In this document: positions 51,141-64,000 of the stretch, in pieces
How the letters are laid out: each line of letters starts with the position of its first letter
How positions within the stretch are numbered: the stretch's first letter is position 1
From: Octopus vulgaris
Lineage: Eukaryota
DNA length: 64,000 nucleotides
Assembly: GCA_951406725.2 (NCBI GenBank)
Contig: OX597827.1
Coordinates: 31,496,001 to 31,560,000 of the forward strand
Direction of reading: 5' to 3'
The notes under the pieces: generated by a model
What the model was told of the DNA's origin: nothing
Databases searched by the model: none
Seen by the model: the letters and a program-made list of their open reading frames with translations, nothing else
Made by a program: the position numbers and the translations under genes

Positions 51141-51854
51141 ATAATGTCAAGGAGAATGGAGATTTTTCACAACCATAATTTTACTCAACAGTTATTTACA
51201 ACATCCTTTTCTAGACCTACACACATCCTAAATAGGACACTCAGATTTACCAAATGAGAATAGTTACCAGCACCTAGCAACTTATTGTTAACTGAGGTAT
51301 CACAAAAGGACCATTGTCATTAGCTAGCATCTGAAACCAAATTAGGAGGAAACACAGCAACCGCCAAGATAATATATCCCCTTTAAACTCATTTTTGGAA
51401 ATATATATATATATAAAAGAGAGTAGAAAGATATATTTTTCAATGCATTGATACTGATAGAACAGCATATATAGGATAAAATCCTTTTAGAGCAGAAAAG
51501 TTTGTCGGCAACCAGCCATGAGGATCAAACTCACACCCCTCTATCAGTATTTACATGTTGAAAAATATATCTTTCTACCTGTTCTATAATGCTTCCAAAA
51601 CAAACTTATGTTTGTTTACATATGATGTAATATATATATATATATATATTTGTCTGGTGGTGTGTTGCATACCGTTACATGATAATTGAAAAAAATGCAC
51701 TGTGAATAAACAACAGATAAAAAACATATATGTATAAGACACAGAGGCTTACCATATTCTGGTTGATAACTGATGAAGACTTAGAGAAGATCTGTGCCTA
51801 ATATGGATACATTTTTTACCAGTGGTTCATTTACAATGCATTTTTATATATATG

Positions 51855-52050
51855 CAGTAATCCCTCAACTATTACGAGTGTTAAGTTCCAAAACCCTCCG
51901 CAAAATAGAATCTGTACTGCACTGTATATTTTTTTAAAATTATTTTTGTAATTTGTATATATTTTTTATTTTATTATAAATGCAAAGCAACACCACAGAG
52001 GAATCAACATAAGCTTAAAAAATAAAACGCGATGTGGCGAGGAATTACTG
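51855..52050. mobile_element. Tigger/pogo-like MITE
   Basis: cagtaatccctc ... gaggaattactg termini. Confidence 0.55.
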
Positions 52051-52059
52051 AGTATATAT

Positions 52060-52107
<48 letters not shown>

Positions 52108-52193
52108 AGAGTTTACGAGAAGACAAAAGACGAAGACAGGTGGTGTACAAAACAAACAGATGTATTAGTATAACGCTCAGGAATAGAAAAAGT

Positions 52194-52229
52194 CTTTTAC
52201 ATTTCGAGCCTACACTCTTCTACAGAAAG
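52194..52229 (-). ncRNA. hammerhead-like motif, CUGUAGA core variant
   Basis: cttt CTGTAGA a gagt gtag gctc GAAA tg TA aaag. Confidence 0.5.
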
Positions 52230-52768
52230 GGACACAGAAAAAACAAGGAGAGAAAAAAAAAGGAGAGAAAAAAATGGGGAGAAAAAACAAGGAGAGAAAA
52301 AACAAGGAATGAAAAAAAAGGAGAGAAAAAAAGGAGAGAAAAAGAAGGAGAGAAAAATATATATTTATATAAATAAGGATAAGATCGTTATTTAAATACC
52401 GATCTTATCAGGTGGCCAGCATGGAAATAAAAACCTTCAATGGTAATAATTATTATTAAAATTATTAAATTTTTTTTTGCTAGTTTATTTTGCTTCTTTG
52501 TCTTCTTTCCTGGTGTTGTATGAACATTTAATGTGGTTTTAGAGTCAAGTTTTCACTGCTATTTCCAGCATGGTGGTATCTCTTAGATATGTATCAATCC
52601 TTTTTGTGCGTGAGTGTGTGTGTATGCATATATAGACGTGTGCGGGTATGTGCATATATGGGCGTGTGCATGTGTGCGTGCGTGCATAAGGTTATGTCCG
52701 TATATGAACGTGGTTTACTCTTTGTATACTTCCTTATGCCTTTTTCTGTATTGTTTTCAGATGGCCAA

Positions 52769-52827
52769 ATAACCGAAGAGATGGTGGTGTGGATTTCCAC
52801 CTAGGCATCCGAAACTCAGAGTTTTAT
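52769..52827 (+). ncRNA. hammerhead-like motif, CCGAAGA core variant
   Basis: ataa CCGAAGA gatg...catc c GAAA ctc a gag TT ttat; relative on - at 60064-60123. Confidence 0.55.
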
Positions 52828-53382
52828 CTTGGCTACTGAATAATTGTCACATATTATTTTACAGATAAATTCCTCTATTTAGATAATATTGAGGTCTCTT
52901 TCTTTCTTTTGTTATCTTACCGTTTTTACCAATATATATATATATATAATCAAAATAAGCAACAAGGATATCCAGAGGTAATGCAGTACGATTGTTTCAT
53001 GCGACTCCATTTGATGGAACAATGCAAACATTACATCAATTTCAAATGTAAAGCAATCTTCAGCTGCATAAACCAAGATTTATGACTTTGCCACTTAAAT
53101 TGTCAATCTATTTTGCCCTATCCATAAATGTTAATACACTCTGTCTTCTCTTAGATTTGATAAACTAGCCTATAAATTAAAACTGAACCCCATCCACATT
53201 AATAAATCTAAATAACAGGAATAATAAGTGATAAGCAGTGTCTTTTTTTAAACAAATCTCAGTTCCAACTGTGATGTTGTTGATAAAACATGTTCTTTGT
53301 CTATCTCCTTATCTTCTTGGTGATCTTGGATAAAAAATTATACAAATGCGTCCTTTGAATTTAACTAAATTCTATATTTTTG

Positions 53383-53470
53383 TGCAGCTGAAGATTGCCC
53401 TACATTTTAAAACTGATGTAATGTTTGCATTGTTCAATTAAATGGAGTCGCATGAAACGGTCGTACTGCA
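53383..53470 (+). ncRNA. type I hammerhead with long stem II in fold-back element (52947-53560)
   Basis: tgcag CTGAAGA ttgc...gcat GAAA cg gt cg TA ctgca; inverted copy at ~52982-53068. Confidence 0.7.
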
Positions 53471-53594
53471 TTACCTCTGGATATCCTTGTTGCTCATTTT
53501 GATTATAATCACCCCATTTTGAATTATATGGATAATACTATACTAAATTCTGGTGCCTTCAACTTAAGTTGAATATATATAGATATTCATCTGA

Positions 53595-53632
<38 letters not shown>

Positions 53633-53646
53633 GTAGATAGAGATAA

Positions 53647-53691
<45 letters not shown>

Positions 53692-54180
53692 GAGAGAGAT
53701 AAATCAATAGATAGGTAGATAGACAGAAATATGAAAATGCACACAGAACATAAAGACAATCTGCCTCCCCTTTTGTATTTGTGGGAATGAAGGAGATCCC
53801 TCATTCACACACACACACACACATGCATGCACACTCACACACACACACACACATGCATGCACACTCACACACACACACACAAACTCATGGATAAATACGC
53901 AGGCAAACAGACAGACAGAGTGATGCACATACACTTAGACATTTCTATGTTTCTGCAAGGAATTATCACAAGAATAGAAGCATATCTGACAGTTCTTTGC
54001 CCCTTCAGTGATAATTCATTGCACAAACGGAAGAATTTAGAAGGTACGGAGGCGTTAAATAAATGTCAAATTTATATTTATAATAAAGAAACCATAAGCT
54101 TCTTTTCTTGACAACTTGTAGACTTCATACTGTGTGAAGTATATATGTCGTCGGAGAGGAATAAATACCATGGACTGTAT

Positions 54181-54211
<31 letters not shown>

Positions 54212-54719
54212 GTATTAATAATGATAAGGAGAATGGAAATTTTCCACATCTATAATTTTATGAAGAGGAAACACAGTAACTGCTACTAGGGTTATACATC
54301 ATTTTAAATACAAACATACATACACTGTTTTACACATTTCAGTCATTTGAATTTGGCCATGATGGAGCACTGCCTTTAGTTGAACAACTCAATCTCAGGA
54401 CTTATTCTTTGTAAGCCTAGTACTTATTATCAGAATTTTATGCCAAACCACTAAGTTTTGGGGACATAAACACACCAACATTGGTTGTCAACTGATGGTG
54501 GGGGTACAAACACCGACACAAAGATACACACACATAAATATATATACATATATATTTAGATACACAATGGACTTCTTTCAGTTTCCATCAACCAAATCCA
54601 CTCACAAGGCTTTGGTTGGACTGAGGTAATAATAGAAGACACTTGCCCAAGGTGCCACACAGAGGGACTGAACCTGGAACTATGTGGTTGGGAAGCAAGC
54701 TTCTTACCACACAGCCATG

Positions 54720-54846
<127 letters not shown>

Positions 54847-54878
54847 TTTATTTTAAGCAGCAGAAAATTCAACAAAAT

Positions 54879-54970
54879 CTGTTACTCTGAGTTTCTCGTT
54901 GCCGTTCATCAGACAGTTTTTTCTAGTAAAAACTGTCTGATGAACGGCAATGAGAAACTCAGAGTAACAG
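54879..54970. ncRNA. pair of inverted minimal hammerheads (54879-54916 -, 54933-54970 +)
   Basis: ctgt CTGATGA a cg gcaa cg a GAAA ctc a gag TA acag, within a ~160-bp palindrome in (TA)n. Confidence 0.7.
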
Positions 54971-55072
54971 ATTTTGTTGAATTTTCTGCTGCTTAAAATA
55001 AAGCATATTACTCTACCACTGGTATTCGAGTACTCTTTTTTCCACCTTGTTTCACATTTATGTGTTTACTCC

Positions 55073-55109
<37 letters not shown>

Positions 55110-55112
<3 letters not shown>

Positions 55113-58100
55113 GCAGGTTTCTTTAGCCAGAGGGGAAGCAGATAAGAAAAAATTTGCCAATTTCTATGCCATGAAGACCAAAGACTTGAGGTATTTCGTG
55201 TTGCAGCAAGACAATGTATGAAAGAGAATCATGATGTTGTAGGAGAGAAATGTGTTCGCATGAATGATGGTTCTCTTGCACTAAATGAGGCTGCAAAGAG
55301 AGAGGTTTGGAGATGCCACTATGAAAGGCTCTGAATAAGGAAAATGAATGGGATAAAGAGAGTCTGCCGAATGTCGACCCAACAGAGGGACCAGCTATCC
55401 GAGTTGACAGTATCTTGGTAGATAAAGCAATTAAAAGTATGAAGACAGGGAAAGCCCCCGGCCCATCAAGAATTACTGCAGAGATGCTCAAAATATCTGG
55501 CAGTGTCGAATATAGCCTAGTCACCCGTATAGTTAACCAGGTGATACACAAAGGAGTCATACCCAATGACTGGTGTAGCAGCATAATAGTCAACTGCTAC
55601 AGAAGTAAAGGTGACACTTTAGATACAAATAATTACAGAGGTATCAAGCTGCTGGATCAGGTAATGAAGGTCACAAAGGGAGAGAGTCAGGTTGGATGAG
55701 ATGCAGTTTAGTTTCATGCCAGGGAAAAGCACCACTGATGCTATATTTCTGGTAAGGCAGCTGCAGGAGAAATACCTAGCCAAAGATAAGCCCCTGTACC
55801 TGGCTTTCGTTGACATGGAGAAAGCCTTTGACAGGGTCCCCCGATCCCTTATCTGGTGGTCAATGAGGAAACTAGGGATAGATGAATGGTTAGTGAGAGC
55901 CATGCAAGCCATGTACAGGGACGCTGTCAGTAAGGTGAGGGTTGGCAACGAGTACACTGAAGAATTCAGGGTAGAGGTAGGGGTCCACCAAGGTTCAGTC
56001 CTCATCCCCCTCCTATTTATCATAGTCCTCCAGATAATAACAGAGGAATTCAAGACAGGATGCCCCTGGGAGCTCCTCTTTGCTGATGACCTTGCTCTAA
56101 TTGCTGAGTCACTATCAGAATTAGAGGAGACGTTTCAAGTATGGAAACAAGGATAAGAATCGAAGGGCCTTAGAGTCAACATAGCTACGAGGGACGTTCA
56201 ATAAGTAATGCCCCTGATCCACTTGCAGTTGTTTGATCTAGCTGAAAATTTGCATGTGCAATTATTTATATCTCTATAGATTAAGTTTGAACTGAGTCAA
56301 GTGTGAAATGGAGCCTGTTGAGTGTCGAGCAGTGATCCGGTTTTTGTATTTGAAAGGACGCACACCACAGGAGACTTTTGATGAAATGAAAGTAACTTAT
56401 GATGATGATGCCCCATCATATGACCTTGTAAAACGCTGGCATCATGAATTCAAACATGGTCAGAAATCTGTGGAAACAGCTCTCAGATCTGGTCACCCCA
56501 CTTCTGCCATTGATGAGGCATCTGTCCGTCAAGTTGAGGCTGCCATTTTGGAAAATCGATGCATAGTACCGAGTCTGTGGAAACTATCATTCATGACCAT
56601 TTGCATATGCAAAAGGTGTCTGCCAGATGGATTCCCAGGTTGCTCACACCTTTCCAGAAGCAAGAACGCGTCAAGTGCTCGAGGATGAATTTGGAGATGT
56701 GCCAAGAAGATGAGTCAAAATTTTTCAAAAGACTGATTACACAGGACGAAACCTGGGTCCATCACTATGATCCAGAGACCAAAGCCCAGTCAATGCAGTG
56801 GAAGCACCGTGACTCACCACCTCCAAAGAAGGCAAGGGTGCAGCCCTCTGCTGGCAGAGTCATGCTCACAGTCTTCTGGGACCAGGACAGAGTAGTGATG
56901 ACAGATTTCCTGGCAAAGGGTACCACAATTACAGGAGCCTATTATGCTTCATTTTTGAGAAAATTAAAAGAAGCTATCAAAATCAAGAGGCGGGGCAAGA
57001 TCAGCAAAGGCATCCGCCTCTTGCAGGACAACGCTCAGGTCCACAACTCGCGTGTCGCCAGATCAGAAGCACAAGCGCGCGGCTATGAACTCTCCTGACT
57101 TTGCACCCTCTGATTTTCACCTCTTCCCAGCCATAAAGATGTTTTTGAAAGGAAAGCGTTTCCCAGATGATGCAGCCTTGATTTCTGAAGTCACGTCATG
57201 GTTGGAGGACGAAGCTGGGGTCTTCTACAAAAACGGTCTCCAGAGCTGCATCAAACGATGGGAGAAATGCGTAACTCTGGGTGGTTCCTATGTAAAACAA
57301 GACTAATAACTGTGCCAAGTTTCGTTGCTCTACTGCTATGGGAAGTGGGTCAGGGGCATTACTTATTGAACGCCCCTTGTAAAACCAAAGTCCTAATAAG
57401 TAGGAAGGCAGACAAACCACAAATCCCTTCAGGTAGATGGCCCTGCTCAATCTGTAGTAGAGGCGTAGGTAGAAACTCTATAAGATGTACCCAGTGTCAT
57501 CTATGGACACATAAGAGGTGCAGTAATATCAAAGGAAGGCTAACGGGGAAGATAGTTTTTGTATGTGGCAGATGCTCGGGAGCATCTGAAAAAGCGCAGA
57601 GACCAACTTCTGTCACATTCCGGGGAGGAAAACTAGAAGTAGTTGATAGCTTCCGTTACCTAGGTGACCAAGTCAGTAGCAGAGGTGGGTGCGCTGAAAG
57701 TGTAGCTGCTCGTATAAGAATAGCTTGGGCAAAGTTCAGAGAGCTCTTACCTCTGCTGGTGACAAAGGGCCTCTCGCTCAGAGTAAAAGGTAGACTGCAT
57801 GACGCATGTGTACGAACAGCCATGCTACATGGCAGTGAAACATGGGCTGTGACTGCTGAGGACATGCGTAAGCTCACAGGGAATGAAGCCAGTATGATCC
57901 GATGGATGTGTAATGTCAGTGTGCATACTCGACAAAGTGTTAGTGCCTTGAGAGAAAAGTTGGACCTAAGAAGCATCAGATGTGATGTGCAAGAGAGACA
58001 ACTGTGCTGGTATGGTCATGTGACGAGAATGGATGAGGATAGCTGTGTGAAAAAGTGCCACACCCTAGCGGTTGAGGGAACCTGTGGAAGAGGTAGACCC

Positions 58101-58886
58101 AGGAAACCTGGGATGAAGTGGTGAAGCACGACCTTCGAACTTTAGGCCTCACCAAGGAAATGACTAGTGACCAAGACTTTTGGAAATATGCTGTGCTTGA
58201 GAAGACTCAGCAAGCCAAATGAGACCAGAACCTTGTGGCCTATGCCAGGGGCGTAACAAGCCCACTTATGCGTACCTTTTCCTTCTTTGGACACTAAAAC
58301 TCTGCTTGCGAACACCTGTTGAGGCAAGTGAGATCAAAATCAAATTCGATGACTGGCATCCGTGCTAGCGGGGTGCAAAGAGCACCATATGAGTGTGATT
58401 GTTGACAGAGCGGCTAACTGGCTTTCGTGCCAATGGCACATAAAAGGCACCATTCGAGTGTGATCGTTACCAGCATCACCTTACTGGCACTCGAGCCCCG
58501 TGCTAGTAGGGTATTAAGAGCACCATTCGAGCATGATCATTGCCAGAGCGGCTAACTGGCCTCTGTGCTGGTGGCACGTAAACGGCACCATTTGAGCGTG
58601 ATCGTTACCAGCATCGCCTTACTGGCACCTGTGCCAGTGGCATGTGCAAAAGATTTGAGCGAGGTCATTGCCAGTAGCGCCTGATTGGCCCTGTGCCAGT
58701 GGCACGTAAAATCACCCACTACACTCTCAGAGTGGTTGGCACTAGGAAGGGCATCCAGCTGTAGAAACACTGCCAGAACATGACTGAAGCCTGGTGCAGC
58801 CATCTGGTTCGCCAGTCCTCAGTCAAATCATCCAACCCATGCTAGCATGGAAAGCAGACGTTAAACGATGATGATGATAATGATGA

Positions 58887-58890
<4 letters not shown>
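55110..58890 (+). mobile_element. 5'-truncated RTE-clade LINE (RT, cysteine-rich insert, long 3' UTR, (gat)n tail)
   Basis: MKTGKAPGPS, NYRGIKLL, FVDMEKAFDRVPR, GVHQGSVLIPLLF, LLFADDL, FRYLG, MLHGSETW, WYGHVTRM, GRGRPRK; frameshifted. Confidence 0.92.
56188..57379 (+). mobile_element. mariner DNA transposon (irritans-like), defective, nested in RTE
   Basis: TIRs cgagggacgttcaataagtaatgcccctga / tcaggggcattacttattgaacgccccttg with TA TSD; motifs WIPRLL, ITQDETWVHHYDPE, LLQDNA, SPDFAPSDFHLF; the RTE frame (VNIA|KTKV) rejoins across it. Confidence 0.93.
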
Positions 58891-58935
<45 letters not shown>

Positions 58936-59335
58936 GACACACACACACATATATATATCCATGTATATATATGTGTGTATAATAGATGTATAGTATATAA
59001 CATAATATAATGTATATAAATATTTGTATACGCAATTTATAAGAATACTTAAACATTTATATCATTATCATTATTATTATTATTAATGATACTAATAATA
59101 ATAATGACGATTTCAAATTTTGGCACAAGGCCAGTAATTTCAGGGGAGTCAGTTACACCACCCCCAGGGTTCAAATGGTACTTATTTTATCAACTCCAAA
59201 AAGGTGAAAGCAAAGTCGACCTTGGCAGAATTTGAACTCAGAACGTGAAGAGGGATGAAATGCTGCTAAGCATTTTGCCTGGCATGCTAACAATTCTACC
59301 AGCTTGTTATCTTATTAATCAATAATAATATTAAC

Positions 59336-59392
<57 letters not shown>

Positions 59393-60510
59393 CCTTTCTA
59401 CTAAAGGCACTAAGCAACATTAAATGGAAAATCTCTTCCCAGACCAAACCCTATGTTAATGGGTCAAAAATATGTTCAATATGCTACCTCAAAAAACTTT
59501 TTTTAAAAATCATGAGCCTCCAATGACTGTGTAACTTCCAGAAACAAGAATTTTCCTTTATGTCCACATCTTAAAAACAATACATCTTAAGAGGAATTAA
59601 AGATAGACTACCAGGCACATCATAAACTATTCCAGTCTGGCTCGTGTAATTTTGATGTGCATAACGTTTGTTGTAACATTGGTTATCTCATCTATGTTTT
59701 TCTCTCTGTGTTTTTTTCCCTCTCTGTCTTTTTCTATATGAGTGTTCTCATTCAAACATCAATTGCTTTGAATACAGTTAAAAAAAACATCTTGTTGCTT
59801 TTATCAGTATGGAAAATGGCAAAATAAATTAATATTTCAACCAAGAAACCTTGAGTAGCTGTATTTCACAAGATTTGTAGGTTTTTGTTATGATACATAC
59901 ATATATACATACATACATATTTTAAGGAATTGGGCACAAACTTTTTTGAGAATACAAAGGAAATGGAACAAAAGGAAAAATGAAATGCAGATATACTCCC
60001 CACTGCAAATATATATATACATACATCTGTAATATAATATGTGACAAATATTCGGTTGCCATAATAAGAATCTGAGTTTCGGATGTTGGAGTGGAAACTT
60101 GCTCTGGCATCTCTTTCAGTTATCAAGGCAATCAAGATATGTTATGAAAATGACCATTAAAGAAGGGGAAATTACTATGTGATTGACCGTTATTAAGACA
60201 ACAGAGCTATTAGAATGACCATTAAATAAGGGGTAAAACCGAAGGGGAGGAAGTAAAGGAGTAAAACTGCTCATAGCAATCGCGTATGCATGCACATACA
60301 TACACATGCGTACATGCACACCCACATACATGTGCCTACATGCATATGTTCACTCACACTTGCATGAAACACACAGATGCACATATACATGCAACCATGC
60401 ATCATTCATACACACGTATATATATCCACACACTGTATATATATATATATGCAGTGGGGAGTATATTTACATTTATATATATATATTTCGTTTTGGGATT
60501 AGAGTCAAGA

Positions 60511-60547
60511 CTATTGAAAAGGTTGCAAGATGCAACGAAAATTTTAG
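60511..60547 (+). ncRNA. minimal type I hammerhead, U3-A8 core variant
   Basis: cta TTGAAAA g gttgc aagat gcaac GAAA at TT tag. Confidence 0.6.
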
Positions 60548-60640
60548 GAAAATAAAAATAAGAAATTAAGTGGAAATTTTACCGGTGAGTGAATTATAAG
60601 GCACAAAAAGAAAATAACTCTCCCCAGACACAATAGTATA

Positions 60641-60687
<47 letters not shown>

Positions 60688-61404
60688 ATATATGTAGGTA
60701 GGTAGGTAGATAGATATACATACATACACATGTATGTATGCATATTGGATGTAGCCATGGGAATGTGTGTGTGTGTGCATGCGTGCATGAGTGTACACAG
60801 ATAAAGAGAAAGAGAGATTAAAAGAATAGACAGGGTGGGAGAGAAAAAGAGGAGAGATAGAGAGGGAGAGAGAGAGTGAGAGAGAGTTAAATTTATTTGA
60901 AGTCTAATGATTGATATGAGAATGTCAGTCCAAAAATTGCAGGAAATTGTTAGTTAGGAAACCCCTGTTGAGATACAGAAACAAGAGTCAAGGTAGTTTA
61001 TTCTTACAGGAAGATGGCCATTTTTCATGGCAGACAATGTTATTGTGATTGTTGCAGGGCATTGACATCTCTTAATTATTGTCTTTTATTCTTTCATGTT
61101 TCAGCAGCAACCCCCCCCCCCACCCACCCACCAAAAAAATACAAAAAATAAATAAATGCACTCAAAGGTCTGGCTTTTGCTGTTTTCATGTTGCTGTTGT
61201 TGTTGTTTTTGGTTTTGTGACAGTTAAAGAATGAAGAAGACCTACTTTGAAGAAACTAAATGTTACTGCCAAGAATTTGACCCATGCATATCCAGAAAAA
61301 ACAGTATTTGGCAATACAACATTCCCTGCCGTTGCTACTACCACCACCACTACTACTATTACTTGAAGAAATTGGGGTGTTGAGCATTGAACAGTAATGA
61401 CAAT

Positions 61405-61987
61405 GCTTCAAATTTTGGCACAAGGCCAGCAGTTTTGTAATTGGTGAGTGAATCGGTTAGATTGACCCTCCCCAGTGCATAACTGGTACTTATTTTATTG
61501 ACTTGAAAAGGGTGACAGACAAAGATGACTTCAGTGGAATTTGAACTCAAAACATAAAGATGGAGGAAGATAAGCATTTTGTCTTGCGCCCTCACGATTC
61601 TGTCAACTCGTTGCCTTAGTAACAATGATAATAATCCTGTCTGCTAAAGAAGGCAGAGAGCTGGTAGAACCATTAGCACGCCAAGTGAAATGCTTAGCGG
61701 TATTTCATCTGTCTTTACATTCTGAGTTCAAATTCCATAGAGGTTGGTTTTGCCTTTCATCCTTTCGGGGTCGATAAATTAAGTACCACAGTTCTATATT
61801 TAAGAGATGAGGAATTATGTACATTATTTACATTTGACAGATATTTGTCCTCATCTTGTTTGTTGCTAACACAACGTTTTGGCTGATATACCCTCCAGCC
61901 TTCATTAGGTGTCTTGAGGAAATTTCGAACTTGGGTTCTCATTCTTACTAACCCCAAGATTCTGAGTTCGATTCCAGGCAGTGACCC

Positions 61988-62022
<35 letters not shown>

Positions 62023-62945
62023 TTAATAATAATAATAACAACAACAACAACATTGAAAAATACCTTAGGAATGAGAACCCAGGTTCGAAATTTCCTCAAG
62101 ACACCTGATGAAGGCTGGAGGATATATCAGCCGAAACGTTGTGTTAACAACAAGATAAATATCCCTCAAATGAAAATAATGTAAATTAAGTACCAGTTGC
62201 ATACTGGGGTCAATCTAATCGACTGGCCCCACACCCTAAAATTTCAGGCCTTGTGCCTAGAATAGAAAAGTGCATAGGCAAAAGGAAGGCAGCAAGCTGG
62301 CTGAAACATTAGCACACCAGGCAAAATACTGATGGGTATTTCATCTGTCTTTACGTTCTGAGTTCAAATTCCGCTGATGTTGACTTTGCCTTTCATCCTT
62401 TCGAAGCCAATAAATTAAGTACCAGTTGTGTACTGTGGTTGATCTAATCGACTGCCCCCCCCCCCCCCCAAAAAAAAATTCCGGGTCTTGCGCCTATAGT
62501 AGAAAAGAATCCTGTCTGCAAAAGGCACAATCCTGAAATCTGGTGGGAGGGGGTAGTCAATTATATTGACCTCAGTACGTAACTGGTACTTATTTTATTG
62601 ATCCAGAAAGGATGAAAGGCAAGGCTGAACTTTAAGGAATTTGAACAGAGAATGTAAGGATGGAGGAAGTATTACCAAGCCTTTTGCCAGGCGTGCTAAT
62701 GATTCTCAAAGCTCACTGCCTTAATAATAATGATGGTTTAACAATTTGTCACAAAGACAGTAGTTTTGGGGGAGGGGATGAGTTGATTACATTGCCCCTT
62801 CCCCCAGTGTATAACTGGTACTTATTTTATTAATAAAAGGCAAAGTTGACTTCAGTGGTGTTTGAACTCAGAACATAGCAGTGGGTGAAATACCACTAAG
62901 CATTTCATCCAGCCCACTAATAATTCTGCCAGTTCACTGCCTTAA
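61405..62945. mobile_element. cluster of ~5 MetaSINE-like SINEs in both orientations
   Basis: Repeated gcctttcatcc..ataaattaagtaccag and ggaatttgaactcagaa motifs; one more copy at 59110-59310. Confidence 0.7.
61789..62181 (+). mobile_element. tRNA-headed, HHR-tailed SINE-like element with 5' inversion, copy 3
   Basis: TSD taaattaagtacca (61775-61788 / 62182-62195); intact HHR at 62101-62144: acac CTGATGA a ggctg..cagcc GAAA cg TT gtgt. Confidence 0.85.
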
Positions 62946-62950
62946 TAATA

Positions 62951-63505
62951 ATGATCTCTGGAACTTCGCCATTCAAACTGACAGAAAGATAGATGCGAAT
63001 AGGCCAGATATCATATTGAAAGACTTCAGACAAAAATCATGCTTCCTCATTGATATGACTGTTCCTATCGATATATACATATCAGTCAAGACCTACCAAA
63101 AACTGAGCAAGTATAAAGATCTTGAAATAGAAATTAGCAAAATGTGGAACCTGAAAACTAAAACTATACCTGTTGTCGTAGGTGCCCTAGGAATGATAGC
63201 AAAAGGGGCTGATTGCTACCTAATTCTGATACCAGGAAACCCCTAAATGGCAGAAATTTAAAAGATAGTGCTCGTAGGACCTGCCCATATCCTACACAAA
63301 ATACTTTCTATGTGATCTCAAATTTTAAAACAAACTTATAATTTTCTTATGTTTTCTTAAATATTTTCTAGAACAATTCTATGTACAAAACCAAATTTAT
63401 GGCACCCTAGGCATAACGCCAACTTGAACTTCTAACTTGTTGTCTCTTGAGGTCTCTGGGTGAGACTTGAAGTCAACTTGTACAAATACAAAGCAAAAGT
63501 CAAAC

Positions 63506-63510
<5 letters not shown>
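62951..63510 (+). pseudogene. R4/Dong-clade non-LTR element, restriction-like endonuclease C-terminus + 3' UTR
   Basis: WNFAIQTDRKIDANRPDII..LIDMTVP..KLSKYKDL..IPVVVGALG; ends at (TAA)n. Confidence 0.85.
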
Positions 63511-63550
<40 letters not shown>

Positions 63551-63773
63551 GGCATGATAAAAAAATATTCAGACAAATACATAACAAAAACACCAGGACT
63601 TACAAATACATATAACATACAGAAAATTGCACTACTAGGCACTGCACACATCCTACGCAGAACACTTTCCATACAATAACCATCAGAGCATCACAATAAA
63701 TCACAGCACATACCCAAGGCACACAGAGCTGTGCTCGGTAGTGAAGTGAAAGCACGCTATAAAAATAAAACAA

Positions 63774-63780
<7 letters not shown>
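63551..63780 (+). pseudogene. second R4/Dong-type 3' fragment
   Basis: GMIKKYSDKYI..IQKIALLGTAHILRRTLS*, flanked on both sides by (TAA)n. Confidence 0.75.
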
Positions 63781-63807
<27 letters not shown>

Positions 63808-64000
63808 TGCCCTGATGTAGTACCAGGCAGTGGCTCTCATGGCTTCTGATCTTAACTGATTGGAAGTGTTATCATGTACATTGTTTTGTCTTGGTATAAA
63901 AGATGGGCTACAGCAAATATTCTGCTCAATACCACAGATTTGCTTGTCAGTTGTTTGACTTTAACCAGTTGAGCATGTCCCTTAGTGGCTGACGATATGT

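Overview
Eukaryotic, AT-rich and almost entirely repeat-derived DNA. The SINE families and long (TA)n/(GATA)n/(CA)n/(TAA)n microsatellites resemble an octopus/cephalopod genome (inference). Nearly all long ORFs in the track are microsatellite or minisatellite artefacts. Real coding remnants are: a decayed Helitron (Rep + PIF1 helicase, ~16.0-18.9 kb, -); two different Penelope-like retroelements (PLEs), namely a GIY-YIG-bearing copy at 19.6-21.8 kb and a Naiad-type RT at 22.0-23.8 kb; an ORF1-only Tx1/L1-like element; an RTE LINE interrupted by a mariner; CR1 and R4/Dong fragments; and one plausible host exon (40071-40222, -). The most striking signal, read by eye, is at least a dozen distinct minimal type I hammerhead-ribozyme (HHR) motifs. 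Most sit in fold-back (5'-inverted) insertions within (TA)n tracts, and several carry non-canonical cores. They include (i) a tRNA-headed SINE-like element with an HHR tail, inverted 5' copy and 12-14 bp TSDs (three copies), (ii) a 546-bp non-coding retrozyme-like unit copied at greater-than-unit length, and (iii) a Naiad RT whose HHR and truncation polarity are antisense to the ORF. Together these suggest a family of PLE-mobilised, ribozyme-bearing non-autonomous RNAs. No database search or folding program was run; all structures are manual pairings.
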